From Octopus sinensis (lineage: Eukaryota): a DNA stretch of 64,000 nucleotides. The notes below the pieces were generated by a model that did no database searches, was not told where the DNA came from, and saw only the letters and a program-made list of their open reading frames with translations. The position numbers were made by a program, and so were the translations under genes. Every line of letters begins with the position of its first letter. The stretch's first letter is position 1. Of this stretch, positions 26,346-38,728 are shown piece after piece. The stretch is from NCBI RefSeq assembly GCF_006345805.1, contig NC_042999.1, positions 16,492,001 to 16,556,000 on the forward strand, in the 5' to 3' direction.

Positions 26346-26556
26346 CTTTCTACTCTAGGCGCAAGGTCTGAAATTACGAGGCGGGAGATTTGACGACTGC
26401 ATCGTTTTGCTGTGCTCTGGGGTTTATTTCATCAACTCCGAAAGGATGAAAAGGAAAGTCGATTTCGGTGGAATTTGAAATCTGAATGCGATGAGTCGGA
26501 TGAAATGCAGCTAAGCATTTTGTCCGGTATGCTAACGATTCTGCCAGCTCGCCGCC
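26346..26556 (-). mobile_element. SINE family A (diverged)
   Basis: Ends TTCTGCCAGCTCGCCGCC. Confidence 0.8.
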
Positions 26557-26574
26557 TTCAATGAATTAGATATA

Positions 26575-26810
26575 TTACGTGACCACGTGGTCAACCAGGC
26601 TAATCAGATGTCGTTACACATCTCTGGACACAATGCTCTTTGCATCGTTTTACCCTTCGAATGACACCACCTCGCTGGCATGGCGAGCAGGTCAACATTC
26701 ACCACTGTTCGAAAGGGTGACTGGTACAACGTAAAATGAAGTGTCGCCCGGTCTGGAAATCGAACCCACGATCAAGTGATCGTGAGTGCAACAGCCTAAC
26801 CCCTGGATCA
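26575..26810 (-). mobile_element. SINE family C-related (diverged)
   Basis: Reverse-complement tRNA-like head at 26745-26810. Confidence 0.6.
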
Positions 26811-26814
26811 TATA

Positions 26815-27032
26815 CAGGGTTGGCCAGAAGTCACTAGACAGTAAATCAAACTTCCATGAATACTATCTGAAATTCTGTATTGACTCGAATAGAATAATGT
26901 GTCGCTCAAGAAGGCCATCAGTTTGAACAATCTTCGTTTCATATTTAGATGCTTTTATTAAATTCATTCAGTTGTTAAACATAGATAAATCTTAGTTTTG
27001 ATTTACTGTCAGGTGACTTTTGGCCAGCCTTG
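26815..27032. mobile_element. Tc1/mariner-type MITE
   Basis: ~38-bp imperfect TIRs CAGGGTTGGCCAGAAGTCAC.. / ..GTGACTTTTGGCCAGCCTTG, flanked by TA on both sides. Confidence 0.8.
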
Positions 27033-27511
27033 TATATGGCGCTATTTAACTACTTTATGATGCCTCAAAGAAATGTTCGTGGCGTGTAACATTGCACATC
27101 TTTGAACTGTTATCGTAAAATGCCCACAGAACAAGTGGGTATCGTCTTTGCTATATGAACTGTAAATATCTCAACGAAACTATTTAGAAATGAATGTATA
27201 TTTATTAGGGTCCAGTTCTTGTTGCAATGTGATGGCTTGTTTGCCTCAGTGAATCTGAGAGCTACGCCAGTGGAGTGCAGGTTCAAGGTAGGCCTTCCCA
27301 TATTGGACAGGTCAAAAGATAGAGGCCAAATAAATATGGACCACTTCATCTCAACGTAAATAATGGGTTGCATAAGGCGAATACCTCTACCTAGGAAAGA
27401 AAATCGACGACATTTCATAACCAAGAAGATCTGGGGGTGGAGAGAAGCAGAAAAGACAGCTTCGAGTCGAGGACAGAGGAGAAGGCCTTGAATAAATATT
27501 ATGTATTGTAA

Positions 27512-27950
27512 GCAGAAAGGTTAGCACGTCGGGCGAAATGCTTTGTAGTATTTCGCCTGTCTTTACGTTCTAAGTTCAAATTCCGCCCAGGTCGACTTTG
27601 CCTTTCATCCTTTCGGGGTCGATAAATAAAGTACCAGATACGCACTAGGGTCGATGTAATCGACTTAATACTTTTACTAGGGTCGATATAATCGCCTTAA
27701 TTCGTTTGTCTGTCCTTGTTTGTCCTCTCTGTGTGGAGACCCTTGTAGGCAGTAAAGAAATAAGAAACGTTAGCGTGCCGGGCGAACTGCTTTGCGTTGT
27801 TTCGTCTGCCGCTACGTTCTGAGTTCAAATTCCGCCGAGGTCGACTTTGCCTTTCATCCTTTCGGGGTCGATAAATTAAGTACTAGTTGCGTACTGAGGT
27901 CGATCTAATCGACTGTCCCCTTCCCCCAAAATTTCAGGCCTTGTGTCTAG
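27512..27950 (+). mobile_element. SINE family A dimer
   Basis: Tail A joined to a second head via AGAAACGTTAGC, then tail B. Confidence 0.9.
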
Positions 27951-28078
27951 AAACAACTGTTATTACCAGTTCAAATAAGCGTGGGGCACGTTTGGACTCG
28001 TACGTAACCAAGCCATACACTTTAATTTGTCATCAAAAAAGTTTTTCGCTGTAGACAGAATGGTCTTAATGCAGCAAT

Positions 28079-28183
28079 ATCAGTTCGCAGCGCCACCTGT
28101 CCAGACTGTGAGAGGCAAACATTTCGGAATAGTTATTTCCTTTTCGGTCACAAACACTAGGCAGGGTGGTGCTGCGAACTGAT
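28079..28183. repeat. Short inverted repeat (MITE-like)
   Basis: ATCAGTTCGCAGCGCCACCTG and CAGGGTGGTGCTGCGAACTGAT. Confidence 0.55.
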
Positions 28184-28464
28184 AAAAGAAACTGTGTCTC
28201 TTATATGCGTTTATTGTAAAAATTACTTATTCTACATCATTTAAGCACGATTCTTCTCATAAAACTAATCACTGTATTTAGATATGTTTGTGAGGCATTG
28301 ATGATGGGTTACTAACGGATATGTAAAAGCACATTATTATCAAGATTGATCCATGACATCAAAAGAAGTTTCTGTATTTTTTTAATCTCATTCAGCCACG
28401 ACTCTAACATTAACTTTTGTATATATCAGCTATGTTTTGGTTTTAACAATTGGCTACGCTTACA

Positions 28465-28800
28465 GGCACAGACATGACTGTATGGCTAAGAAGCTCGCTT
28501 TGTAACAACGTGGTTTTGCGTTCAATACCTTGGGCAAGTGTAATCTCTGCTATAGCCACAGGCTGATCAATTCTTCGTCAGTAAATTTGGTACAATTGTG
28601 CATGCGTGAGTGTCTTTGCATCGATGTTGGGTTGTTTACATCCCCATAACTTCGCGGTTCAGCAAAAGAGACCAATACAGTAAAAAAAACAGACGTTCAA
28701 GAAATAGAAGTACTGGGGGAGAGGTGTTCGACTCAATACTCTTTAAGGTGGCACTCCAGTATGACCGTACTCCAACAACTGAAACAAATAAAAGATAAAA
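28465..28800 (+). mobile_element. SINE family B (diverged)
   Basis: CCTTGGGCAAGTGT head and tail GGTGGCACTCCAGTATGACC. Confidence 0.7.
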
Positions 28801-28877
28801 AATAATATTTCCATGCAGGATTAAATTTTAATTACTTCATTAAATCGCTTTACGATTCTTATCCAAGACATCATAAT

Positions 28878-29491
28878 CTTTTCTACTCTAGGCACATGGC
28901 CTGAAATTTTGGAGGAGAGAGGGGCAGTCAATTAGATCAACCCAGTACGAAACTGGTACTTAATTTATCGACCCCGAAAGGATGAAAGGCAAAGTCGACC
29001 TCGGCGAAATTTGAACTCAGAACGTAGCGGCGGAAGAAATACCTATTTGTTTGTTACCCCCAAGGGGCTAAACAAAGAGAGGACAAACAAGGACAGATAA
29101 ACGGATTAAGTCGATTATATCGACTCCAGTGCGTAACTGGTACTTATTTAATCGAACCCGAAAGGATGAAAGGAAAAGTCGACCTCGGAGGAATTTGAAC
29201 TCAGAATGTAACGGCAAACGAAATACCGCGAAGCATATCGCCCGGCATGCTAGCGTTTCTTATTTCTTTATTGCCACCAAGGGGCTAAACATAAAGGGGG
29301 AAAAGAAGGACAGAGAACGGGATGAAGTCGATTAGATCGACCCCAGTGCGTAACTGGTACTTAATTTATCGACCTCGAAAGGATGAAAGGCAAAGTCGAC
29401 CTCGGCGGAATGTGAACTCAGAACGTAATGGCAGACGAAATACGGCTACGCATTTCGCCCGGCGTGCTAACATTTCTACCAGCTCGCCGCC
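28878..29491 (-). mobile_element. SINE family A trimer
   Basis: Three cores on the minus strand. Confidence 0.9.
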
Positions 29492-29939
29492 TTATCCGGA
29501 CATCACAATCGTCACACCGTTTGCAGTATGCACTTTCATTTCATCCAACAAAAGAGAAATTAGACGAAATTTCTGTACACTACATACAACAGAAACACAA
29601 CCAAAATCGAAAATATCTCGGTGGATATTTCACCGAAAATAGTTTACAGGCGGCAGTAAGAACTGTGTGCTGGTATTTCAATTCTGTATTTCAAAATATT
29701 CAACGAAAATGTTTTAGACTCGTAATTTTCTGGCATTTTGATAAATCGATAGGTGTCATTTAGAATTATTCCAAGCATATAGTGGCTGTTTTCTTTGCTA
29801 TTTACGTCTTAAATTGCCCCATAGGAATTCGAGTTGTACTTTTCATCTTCAAGAACTCTTGTGATCTTAATGGGCATTATCTGGGGGTGCAGTTAATGCA
29901 AGTAGACAAGTTATTTGCCAAACGTTGGTGTTGTTTTGT

Positions 29940-30427
29940 TATTGTTGTTGTTGTTTTTGTTGTTTCTTCTTCTTCTTCTTCTTCTTCTTCTTCTTCTTCT
30001 TCTTCTTCTTCTTCTACTTCTTCTTCTTCTTCTTCTCCTCCTCCTCCACCTCTTCCTCTTTCTTCTTCTTCCTCTTTCTTCTTCTTCTTCTCCTCCTCCT
30101 CCACCTCTTCCTCTTTCTTCTTCTTCCTCTTTCTTCTTCTTCTTCTCCTCCTCCTCCACCTCTTCCTCTTTCTTCTTCTTCCTCTTTCTTCTTCTTCCTC
30201 TTTCTTCTTCTTCCTCTTTCTTCTTCTTCCTCTTTCTTCTTCTTCCTCTTTCTTCTTCTTCTCCTCCTTTTTCTTCTTCTTCTCCTCCTCCACCTCTTCC
30301 TCTTTCTTCTTTTTCTTCTTCTTCTTCTTCTTTTTCTTCTTCTTCTCCTCCTCCTCCTCCTCCTCCACCTCCTCCTCCACCTTCTCCTCCACCTCTTCCT
30401 CTTTCTTCTTCTTCTTCTTCTTCTTCT
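29940..30427. repeat. (TTC/TCC)n tract
   Basis: Directly visible. Source of the poly-S/F/L/E/K ORFs. Confidence 0.95.
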
Positions 30428-30429
30428 AA

Positions 30430-30610
30430 TTGGCAGCAGAATTGTTGGCACGCTGGGCAAAAATGCTTGGCGGCACTTCGTCTGTCTTCCCGTTCTGAAT
30501 TCAAATTCCGCCGGGGTCGACTTTGCCTTTCATCTTTTCGGGGTCGATAAAATGAGTGCAAGATGAGTACTGGCATCGATGTAACAGACTATCCCCTTCC
30601 CCATAAAATA
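30430..30610 (+). mobile_element. SINE family A
   Basis: Head and core follow the (TTC)n tract. Confidence 0.8.
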
Positions 30611-30824
30611 TCAGGCAAATAGTAAAATAGATTATTATTATTATTACCACCACCACCACCACCACCTCCTTCTTCCTCCTTCCTCCTACTCCCGTAACCT
30701 CCCTCTTCCTCCCTCCTCTTTCCTCCTCCCCCCTCCTCCCCTCCTCGTAATCTTTGACATTTTGGCACAAAGTCAGATCAATTACATCGGCCCCTGTATT
30801 AGACTGCTACACACTCTATCGACC

Positions 30825-31118
30825 GTGAGGCTGTAAGTTCGAATCCCGGACCGGGCTGCGTGTTGTGTTCTTGAGCAAGACACTTTATTTCACGTTGCTC
30901 CAGTTCACTCAGCTGTAGAAATGAGTTGCGAAGTCACAGGTGCCAAGCTGTATCGGCCCCTTTGCCTTTCTCTTGGATAACAGTGGTGGCGCGGATAGGG
31001 GAGGCCGGTACGCATGGGCGACTGTTGGTCTTCCATAAACAATCTTGCCCGGACTTGTGCCTGGGAGGGTAACTTTCTAGGTGGAATCTCATGGTCATTC
31101 ATTACTGAAGGGGGTCAC
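30825..31118 (+). mobile_element. SINE family C
   Basis: Homologous to 7038 and 20360. Confidence 0.85.
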
Positions 31119-31224
31119 CCACTGTACCATATTTTCATTTATTATTTTTTTTATACGTGAAAATGCTTATTTTACCACAGAAATAATTACAATCTAAAAT
31201 AATATAAATTCCTGTCGGCTGCGG

Positions 31225-31386
31225 AAACCAGCTATATACTGAGGAGTCCACGATATAAATTTACATATATTAGCCAGAAAAATCCGCGATGTACTGAGGG
31301 CGCGATATGTGAACCGCGATATGGCGAGTGATTACTGTACTCAAGGCGTGATAAGTGAATCATGATATAGCGAGTGATTACTGTAT
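31225..31386. mobile_element. pogo/Tigger-like MITE terminus, duplicated
   Basis: CCGCGATATGGCGAGTGATTACTG-TA at 31314-31339 and a repeat at 31363-31385 resemble Tigger-type TIR ends. Confidence 0.4.
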
Positions 31387-31496
31387 TTAAAAGAAAATAT
31401 ATATAACAAATATATATCATGAACAACAATACTTGCTTCCACACAGGGGTTAGATCTTAAAAGAAATATTTTGTGCTAATTCTCCGGGCTGTGAAG

Positions 31497-31636
31497 ATGG
31501 TGGATTGGCAGAATCCTTTAGCATGCCGTACAAAATGCTTAGCAACATTTCGTCCTTTTTACGTCCTGCGTTCAAATTTCGCTGAGTTCGACTTTACCAT
31601 TCATCCTTTCGAGGCCGATTAAATAAGTACCAGTTA
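31497..31636 (+). mobile_element. SINE family A (3'-truncated, diverged)
   Basis: TTGGCAGAATC..TTCATCCTTTCGAGGCCGATTAAATAAGTACCAGTT. Confidence 0.7.
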
Positions 31637-31639
31637 AAC

Positions 31640-31989
31640 ATTCATTCGACAAATGAGAATGACTGGACACTTACTAAGACTACCATAGGCTGGATGTCGC
31701 TGGAAGGCAAGGGTAAATGAGGCCGGCCAAGGAAGACATGGCGTAGTACCTTCCATGAAGACCTGCGCAGGCTAAACATCATCCGGGAAGCAGCATACCG
31801 TTTGGCCAGAGACGGAGATAATTGGCGATTACTGATTGCCCGATGTACCGCTCAAATGCATCAAGAAGAAGAAGAAAAAGAAGAAGCAGAAGAAGAAGAA
31901 GTGGAAGACAGGACGAAGAAGAAGAAGAAGAAGAAGAAGAAGAAGAAGAAGAAGAAGAAGAAGAAGAAGAAGAAGAAGAGAAGAAGAAG

Positions 31990-32021
<32 letters not shown>

Positions 32022-32098
32022 GGTGAAGAAGAAGAGAAAGAAGAGAAGAAGAAGAAGTAGGTAAAGAAGAAGAAGAAGAAGAAGAAGAAAGAAGGAGG
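31640..32098 (+). mobile_element. RTE-clade LINE 3' end with (GAA)n tail
   Basis: GRPRKTW (31721-31741) RSTFHEDL..LARDGDNWRLLIARC, then (GAA)n from 31863. Confidence 0.7.
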
Positions 32099-32924
32099 AG
32101 AAATTACCCATTTTACCCCACACACATTACACCGTTTCATATACAGGGTTGTATGAAAAGTTTTAAGCCTTCGAAGCCTTTGAGCCTCGAAGTCTTGTAT
32201 CTTCATCAGAAGTCTTGTACCAAATTGCTGGCCTTGTGCCAACATTTGAAATTATTATTTCTCCGAGTTCTTCGCGCTCTTAGCTCAAACCTGCCGAGGT
32301 GACTTAGTCTCTTATCCTCTCAGTGATGTAAATTACCAGTTTTTTGCAGTTGGCTGAAGGAATTGGCTGAATGTCGAACGAGATACTTTGTTAATTTATT
32401 CCTCCACTTTGCAATCTGAATTCATGGATCTGATAGTTGTTTTAACCCCACCATCTGGTTCTTGGCTAACTTCAGCAGAGTATCCTCTGTTGCAAATTCT
32501 CAGAGGAACAGAAGGAAACAGGGCTACAGGCGCTGCTTTTTTCTCCCTAACTTAAAGGTTAAAAACATACCCACTATACGGAGACAACCAACTATTTGGG
32601 GTTGAACACGAAACCTACCTTCATTTTCCTTGTTCCATCGTCTCAACCATTGCGGCAGTCATTGGTATTATTGTGAGTTTTACTGAAGCACCTAACTCTG
32701 GCAAAACTTTCGACTCAAAGGGCAACCTCTCCACAATTTATGAATCTACATGATATCTAAAACAAATTTAAACACAGAGGAGAGCCTGAACAGGTAGCCT
32801 TACATAATACAAGGAACAGTCAAAAAGTCCAAACCACAGTTAAGAGCAATTTCGAAGGGAATGAAAAATAAAAACAAATACTTTTTGACTGTTCCTTCTA
32901 GTATGCAAGACGACAAGACGACCT

Positions 32925-33347
32925 GTTATGGCTCGCCTCTTTGTGCTTAAATGTACACTTTGTGGAAGCACTCCGTCGGTTACGACGATGAGGGTTCCGG
33001 TTGATCCGATCAACGGAACAGTCTGCTCGTGAAATTAACGTGTAAGTGGCTGAGCACTCCACAGACACGTGTACCCTTAACGTAGTTCTCGGGGATATTC
33101 AGCGTGACACAGAGAGTGACAAGGCCGGCCCCTTGAAAAACAGGTACAACAGAAACAGGAAGTAAGAGTGAGAGAAAGCTGTGGTGAAAGAGTACAGCAG
33201 GGACCACCACCATCCCCTGCCGGAGACTCGTGGAGCTTTAGGTGTTTTCGCTCAATAAACACTCACAACGCCCGGTCTGGGAATCGAAACCGCGATCCTA
33301 CGACCGCGAGTCCGCTGCCCTAACCACTGGGGCATTGCGCCTCCACA
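32925..33347 (-). mobile_element. SINE family C
   Basis: Ends CCACTGGGGCATTGCGCCTCC, the reverse complement of the 13558 head. Confidence 0.9.
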
Positions 33348-35224
33348 AATGTACACTAACTTTTATATGAAAAATATGTCTATTGACTTTGTATACATTG
33401 TAGGCTACTGGTACAAACAATTTCGATAATTTTTCTTACCCTTTATTAATTTTAAGAAATGATATCTAAAACATAATGTGGAGTGTCTACAGAATGAGAC
33501 GATTGGGTGCAGCTGTTTCGACGCTGATGGTCTGGTACAGCCGAGTGTTTTGAGGATAGTACATTTTGACGCTGAAGACATACGCACGCGCGCACACACA
33601 CACTTATACACACACTCACAATAACACACAAGTAGAAATCTGCGCATACAGAGAGAAAGAGTAAAAGAAAGAGAGGAGGATAGGACATTACTATTTATTA
33701 ATTGGAAACAACTGACATAAGGATATTCTGTTTCACCATACGCATACATAAGTATGCACTCACATACATAAAGTATGCACGCGCAAAGAGAAAGCTAGCG
33801 TTGAAACAGCGGCGCCGAAACAGCGGCGCCGAAACGACTGTCAGACCTTTCATACCCTGATGTTCAGATATCTATTAAAACACAGAATGGTGAATAGCAA
33901 AAACGGTGCTCTATCTTCCAAAGTATTTTATGGTGTTTGGTTGCGTTATTTTAGATCCTATTGGAATTATCTTAGCTTTTTTTACCCTACAGGGATCAAT
34001 GAGATGTATGCTAGTCAGGTACGAACTGCAGCAATTCGAGTTAATCGATTGTTGCCTTGTCCTAAATTCCCCCGTTTGTTCCCCGGTAAGAAATCAATAA
34101 TACTAACAATGCACACTTATATCTCAGATGGAGCTAGTTTAATAAACTAGTGTCACGACAAGTATTTCTCAGAAGTTTATTAGAAAAATTACCGTTAATA
34201 CAATCGTCACATACAGAGCTTTTAATATAATTAAATTAATTTTATTATGTAATAAATACTTTTCACAAAACGCACAATCGTATTTTTAGCAATGTAAGTT
34301 TTAGTAGAAATATAATCTGAACGACATTATTAATTTCATTCTGTGTTTTATTATTATTTTTATTTTTATTTTTTCTTTTGTTAATTATTTTTATTGAATC
34401 GACAGTGAAATATCTCAATAATACTAAAAGAAACTTTAATTTTGTAACAATTGTGAAAATTTCAAAGGCAGAAATTTATTAGAAGTGCTAAAGTGTCTTC
34501 ATCACATGTCACGCTTCGTTTGCTTACAAAGTGAAAAGAAAAGAACCAAAAAATAATAATAATAATAAATATATAAAAGAAAGAAAGAAAATAGAAATAT
34601 AAAGAAAAGAAAGGAAAATTTATGAAGACAAATCAGTTACAATTAACGGATTCAAAGCAAAAGAGGAAACACTTTCGAACACATATTGTTATGATGAAAA
34701 GTGATATATTTGTTTCTCGCGAGAATATGAAATAAGATTTTTAGCTTACAGTAATGTTTGAAATATTCACGTATATTTTGATGAGACATTTAGCAATCGT
34801 TAGATTTATACGCTTAGAGAATAATACTTGGAATCTTATCTTCTAATGCAATCTATTACCTTTTGCATCTTAAATATAGCCAAATTGATTTAAATTTGAG
34901 CTGGTATGTTTTCGTTTTCTATCATAAGATCAAAGAAACATCAATTTATTTTTGTTTCCTGTCATGATAGAAACGTTACATTAAGATAAAAAAAAAAGTG
35001 ACTAAGTAGCAACTCAGTAATAAAATGCACCATATATTATGACTATACTTAGTATTGATTTCACACAAATAATTCAAGCTCAAATATACAACTGATTTTA
35101 GCAGTAGAGGTAATTGTATTTGGAGTAGCTGTTGTATATTCATTGCGGAAAATTCAATCCTGATAACCGTTTAGTCAGCAAATTGTATTTGCCGAGTAAT
35201 ATCATTTCTAATCTTTTTTTCGAC

Positions 35225-35970
35225 ACAAGGCCAGCAGTTTTGATGGGAAGGTCACAGTCGAATACGTCGACCCCATGATTGACAGGTATTTAGTTTATCT
35301 GTTTCTTTATTACCCACAAGGGGCTAAACATAGAGGGGGATGATCTTTTCGGTTCGAACGGCAGTTTTTAAAAATAATTTCCACGTAACTAAACACTTTT
35401 AAACTTCGTATACTGGTAAAATGTGTTTATAAAACATCTTTTTCTCTTGGCTTTATTGAGAAAATTCTATAGTTTGTAAGATATTTATTGCTTTTTTCTT
35501 CAATTTCTACAATTTCAACCAATCAATGGCGTCTATTGAGGTGAAAACATTCTGTGCCGTATGAATATGTCCCTCGTTTATGAAACATATTGGGTTTATT
35601 TACATTTCTGAAGAAAAAAAGATACACTTCCCCCACCCCTAACCCTAACCCTAACTAACCCTAACCCTAAAGCAGATTGAAATGCAATAGATCGATACTA
35701 GGGTCATAATTATGGGTGACAATTTCATATGACACTGCTAACAAAAACTGCCGTTCAAACCGAAAAGATCCGAGGGGACAAACAAGGACAGACAAAGAGA
35801 TTAAGTCGATTACATCGACCCCAGTGCGTAACTGGTACTTAATTTATCGACCCCGAAAGGATGAAAGGCAGAGTCGACCTCGGTGGAATTTGAACTCTGA
35901 ACATAACGACAGACGAAATACGGCTACGCATTTCGCCCAGTGTGCTAACGTTTCTGCCAGCTCGCCGCCT
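35225..35970 (-). mobile_element. SINE family A interrupted by a MITE
   Basis: SINE tail is continuous across 35338/35772. Confidence 0.85.
35339..35771. mobile_element. MITE with 28-bp TIRs and internal (TAACCC)n, inserted in a SINE
   Basis: TIRs at 35342-35369 and 35743-35770 (27/28). GAGGGG is duplicated at 35333-35338 and 35772-35777. TAACCC repeats at 35637-35670. Confidence 0.8.
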
Positions 35971-36249
35971 TACAGGTATTTAGTTTATCGACCCCGAAGG
36001 AATGCCGCTGAGCACGTTGTCCAGTGCGCTAACGGTTCTGCATTTCCCGTTATAAAGCTGCTTATAAGATTTCCAAATTCTGTTCAAGATTCATCAATAT
36101 AACCCTGCATTTTTACGGTTGTAGACAAAGGAAACATAGAATAGAAGGACCTTGCTGTGCAATAGATGTAAAAAAAGTGATGCCGAATGAGGTGTAAAGC
36201 GAATACAACTTCGGGAATGTTTCACGAGATAGAGGAAGTAGCAATTTGT

Positions 36250-36942
36250 TACCTTTACCTTTTGACCGACAGATTAAAAAAATTTTTTTGTAACTAAACA
36301 CTTTCAGACTTCGGACACTAATAGAATGTGTCATATAAAACATCTTTTACTCTTAGCATTTTGGGGAAAAGCTTATATTTAAGAAGTTATTTCACGTTAA
36401 AGTTGTAGTATTTCGGTAATTTCAACCAATCAACGACGTGTATTCAGTTGAATAAAATTACTGCCGTTGTTTGTCAACACGAATTTCCGGCGGTGTATAC
36501 TTCGTTTGTCACTGTTATTTATGACAACCCTAACCCCTAAAACCTTAACTCTAACCCTAACCCTAAAACTCTAACCCTAACCCTAACACCCTAACCCTAA
36601 AACTCTAATCCTAACCCTAACCCTAAAACCTTAAAGCTAAAACCAGTATAAACGCACGAACGATGTCACAAATAACAGTGACAAACGAAATATACACCGC
36701 CGATAGTTGTTGTTGATAAGCAACGGCAGTAATTTTATTCAGCTGAATACACGTCATTGATTGGTTGAAATTACCGAAATGCTACAACTTTAACAAAAAA
36801 TAATTTCCTAAATAGAAGCTTTCCTCAAAAACGCTAAGAGTAAAAGATGTTTTATATGATACATTCTACCTGTGTCCGAAGTTTGAAAGTGTTTAGTTAC
36901 AAAAAATTATTTTTTAAATCTGTCGGTCAAAACGTAAAGATC
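36250..36942. mobile_element. Fold-back element: ~275-bp inverted arms around a (TAACCC)n-like spacer
   Basis: Arms at 36250-36526 and 36664-36942 are reverse complements. Spacer telomere-like repeats at 36527-36644. Confidence 0.85.
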
Positions 36943-37084
36943 ACATTTTTGGACAATGTATAGTACAGAAATGCTACCAAAATTAAATATCTCGTAAATA
37001 TTTAAAAAATTCCAACCGAGCGCGCTTATCACTGATTCATTCTATACTGTACACTTAATTGTGAACCATGTTACGCTTATCACG

Positions 37085-37580
37085 GTAAAATGCGATGTGG
37101 CTCATTCAGGAAATCCATTAGGCGCCTGTCGGATAGTTGGAAATGCCTGAGCTGGATTATGGAACATTTTACACCCCTTCTCATATATGGTTATCCCCAC
37201 ACGATTCAGTTTTAGAACACTTCAAGACGTCAGCAAAATTCGAGCCTCCCTCTCCTTATTGAGGCATTTACTGTAACTTATTTGAAAGCCATAACTTAAC
37301 TACTGGAAACGTCCAGAGTAGGTCTACCGACTTACAATCCAGATTTAGGAAAATCCTTTGTATTCCGATTTCTAGACCTTTGCGAAACAACACTGCCACT
37401 CCTCTTAAGAGACGCGCTTGTCACGCAGTCCTCAAAAATAACCGCGGGAGTGTGCACCGCGGAAATTTTGCTGATTGCTGTCATATCGATAACTTATGAT
37501 ATGAGGTTACTAAATAAGTGGCTTCTAAGTTAGTCCTTGGTCATCCATATTTATACATCCTACACTAATTTTTGACATGT
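37085..37580 (-). pseudogene. Degraded L1/Tx1 apurinic-endonuclease region
   Basis: Minus strand reads KISVGCIN..HLFSNL..IDMTAIS..RGVAVLFRKGL (37373-37405)..RLEVF, with many stops and frameshifts. Confidence 0.55.
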
Positions 37581-38131
37581 TGATCAGGAAAAAGTAACGT
37601 GTGTCTGGTAAACACATTTCTTGGTCTGATTCAACAGCAGCTAATCCAGTTTTCATTATGGGATGGGTTTTCATATATAAGCTATTTTGGTATTTTATGT
37701 TAAATATCGAAATAAAGCACCTAGACTTCTTAGGAGTTTCCCCACAATATTTTATAGACATCTACGTCATCATTAATATCTGTCTAGGGAATGCTATTTT
37801 TGTTTCAAGTTCAGCAAAACCTTCCTTTTGTTTTTATCTTGCTTCTCTGTTTTATGCGATGTAATCCATCAAATCATTGGTGTATTTACTTTCAAAACTG
37901 TGAAGTTGATGTAGTTTGTGTTTTATGTATTTAGTTGATGTTGCTGCCATTATTTTCGTCCTTTTTTTTTCTGTGGTCGGTATTGCATTTCAGTAATTTT
38001 TTAAGTTCGTGTTACTTGATCTTTTATTATTGTGGTCGAGTGTCTGTGAGTTTTTCTTATGTTCCTGTGGTTATTTTTGTGGTTACTTGTATGGTGGTGG
38101 GTTTGACTGCTTTTGTTGTGGGTTATATATA

Positions 38132-38171
<40 letters not shown>

Positions 38172-38224
38172 ATATATATATATATATATATCAATATATC
38201 CATAGATATATATATCCATATGTA

Positions 38225-38296
<72 letters not shown>

Positions 38297-38301
<5 letters not shown>

Positions 38302-38662
38302 ACATATAAAGGATGACCATAATAGGACATCCGACTCACTAGAAAGAGCAGCCAAACTCCAAACCACTAATAGTTGTAATTCTGAAATGGAAAGAGAAAT
38401 AAAAACGTTTACCCTTTCCTTTCTGGACTATGCATAGTTTCGGCAATCTTTTTGTAAATAAATTAATTTAATTTATTTATTTATCACTGGCGTTGCCTCG
38501 TCAGCAGAAAACCCAGGACTAACATATATCCACGAAGCGATGATAAACATGCCTCGAGTCTATATGCTATAAATTTTCAAAATCCACCACGCTCGCGCGG
38601 TTTACTCAGCAGTAAATATAAACTGCCGATTTAATTTCAAAATTAGCCAAAAAAAAAAATTA
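38297..38662 (-). mobile_element. Penelope-like pLTR / solo retrozyme-type unit carrying a hammerhead
   Basis: ~365-bp segment between two (TA)n tracts, containing the 38420-38510 hammerhead. Confidence 0.55.
38420..38510 (-). ncRNA. Intact type I hammerhead ribozyme with long loop II
   Basis: Minus strand: TTTCTG, CTGACGA, GGCAA..46 nt..TTGCC, GAAA, palindromic helix III ACTATGCATAGT, C17, CAGAAA. Canonical GUC site at 38426/38425. Confidence 0.85.
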
Positions 38663-38673
38663 ATATATATATA

Positions 38674-38728
<55 letters not shown>

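Noticed and set aside
29782-30576. Multiple 150-220 aa poly-S/F/L/E/K/R ORFs; similar ORFs at 31779-32245, 40100-40844, 24169-24774 and 16241-17231
   Set aside because: Trinucleotide or purine-tract artefacts, open in several frames on both strands.
33485-33848. Degenerate inverted repeat with tandem GAAACAGCGGCGCC
   Set aside because: Only ~18 bp of imperfect symmetry. Possibly an old DNA transposon, but boundaries are not supportable.
36527-36644. Telomere or chromosome-fusion site
   Set aside because: Short, degenerate and internal to an inverted-repeat element. The same motif is inside the neighbouring MITE.
37730-37761. KYCGET as a GIY-YIG motif
   Set aside because: Other GIY-YIG residues are absent, and the flanking sequence fits an L1-type ORF1/ORF2 junction better.
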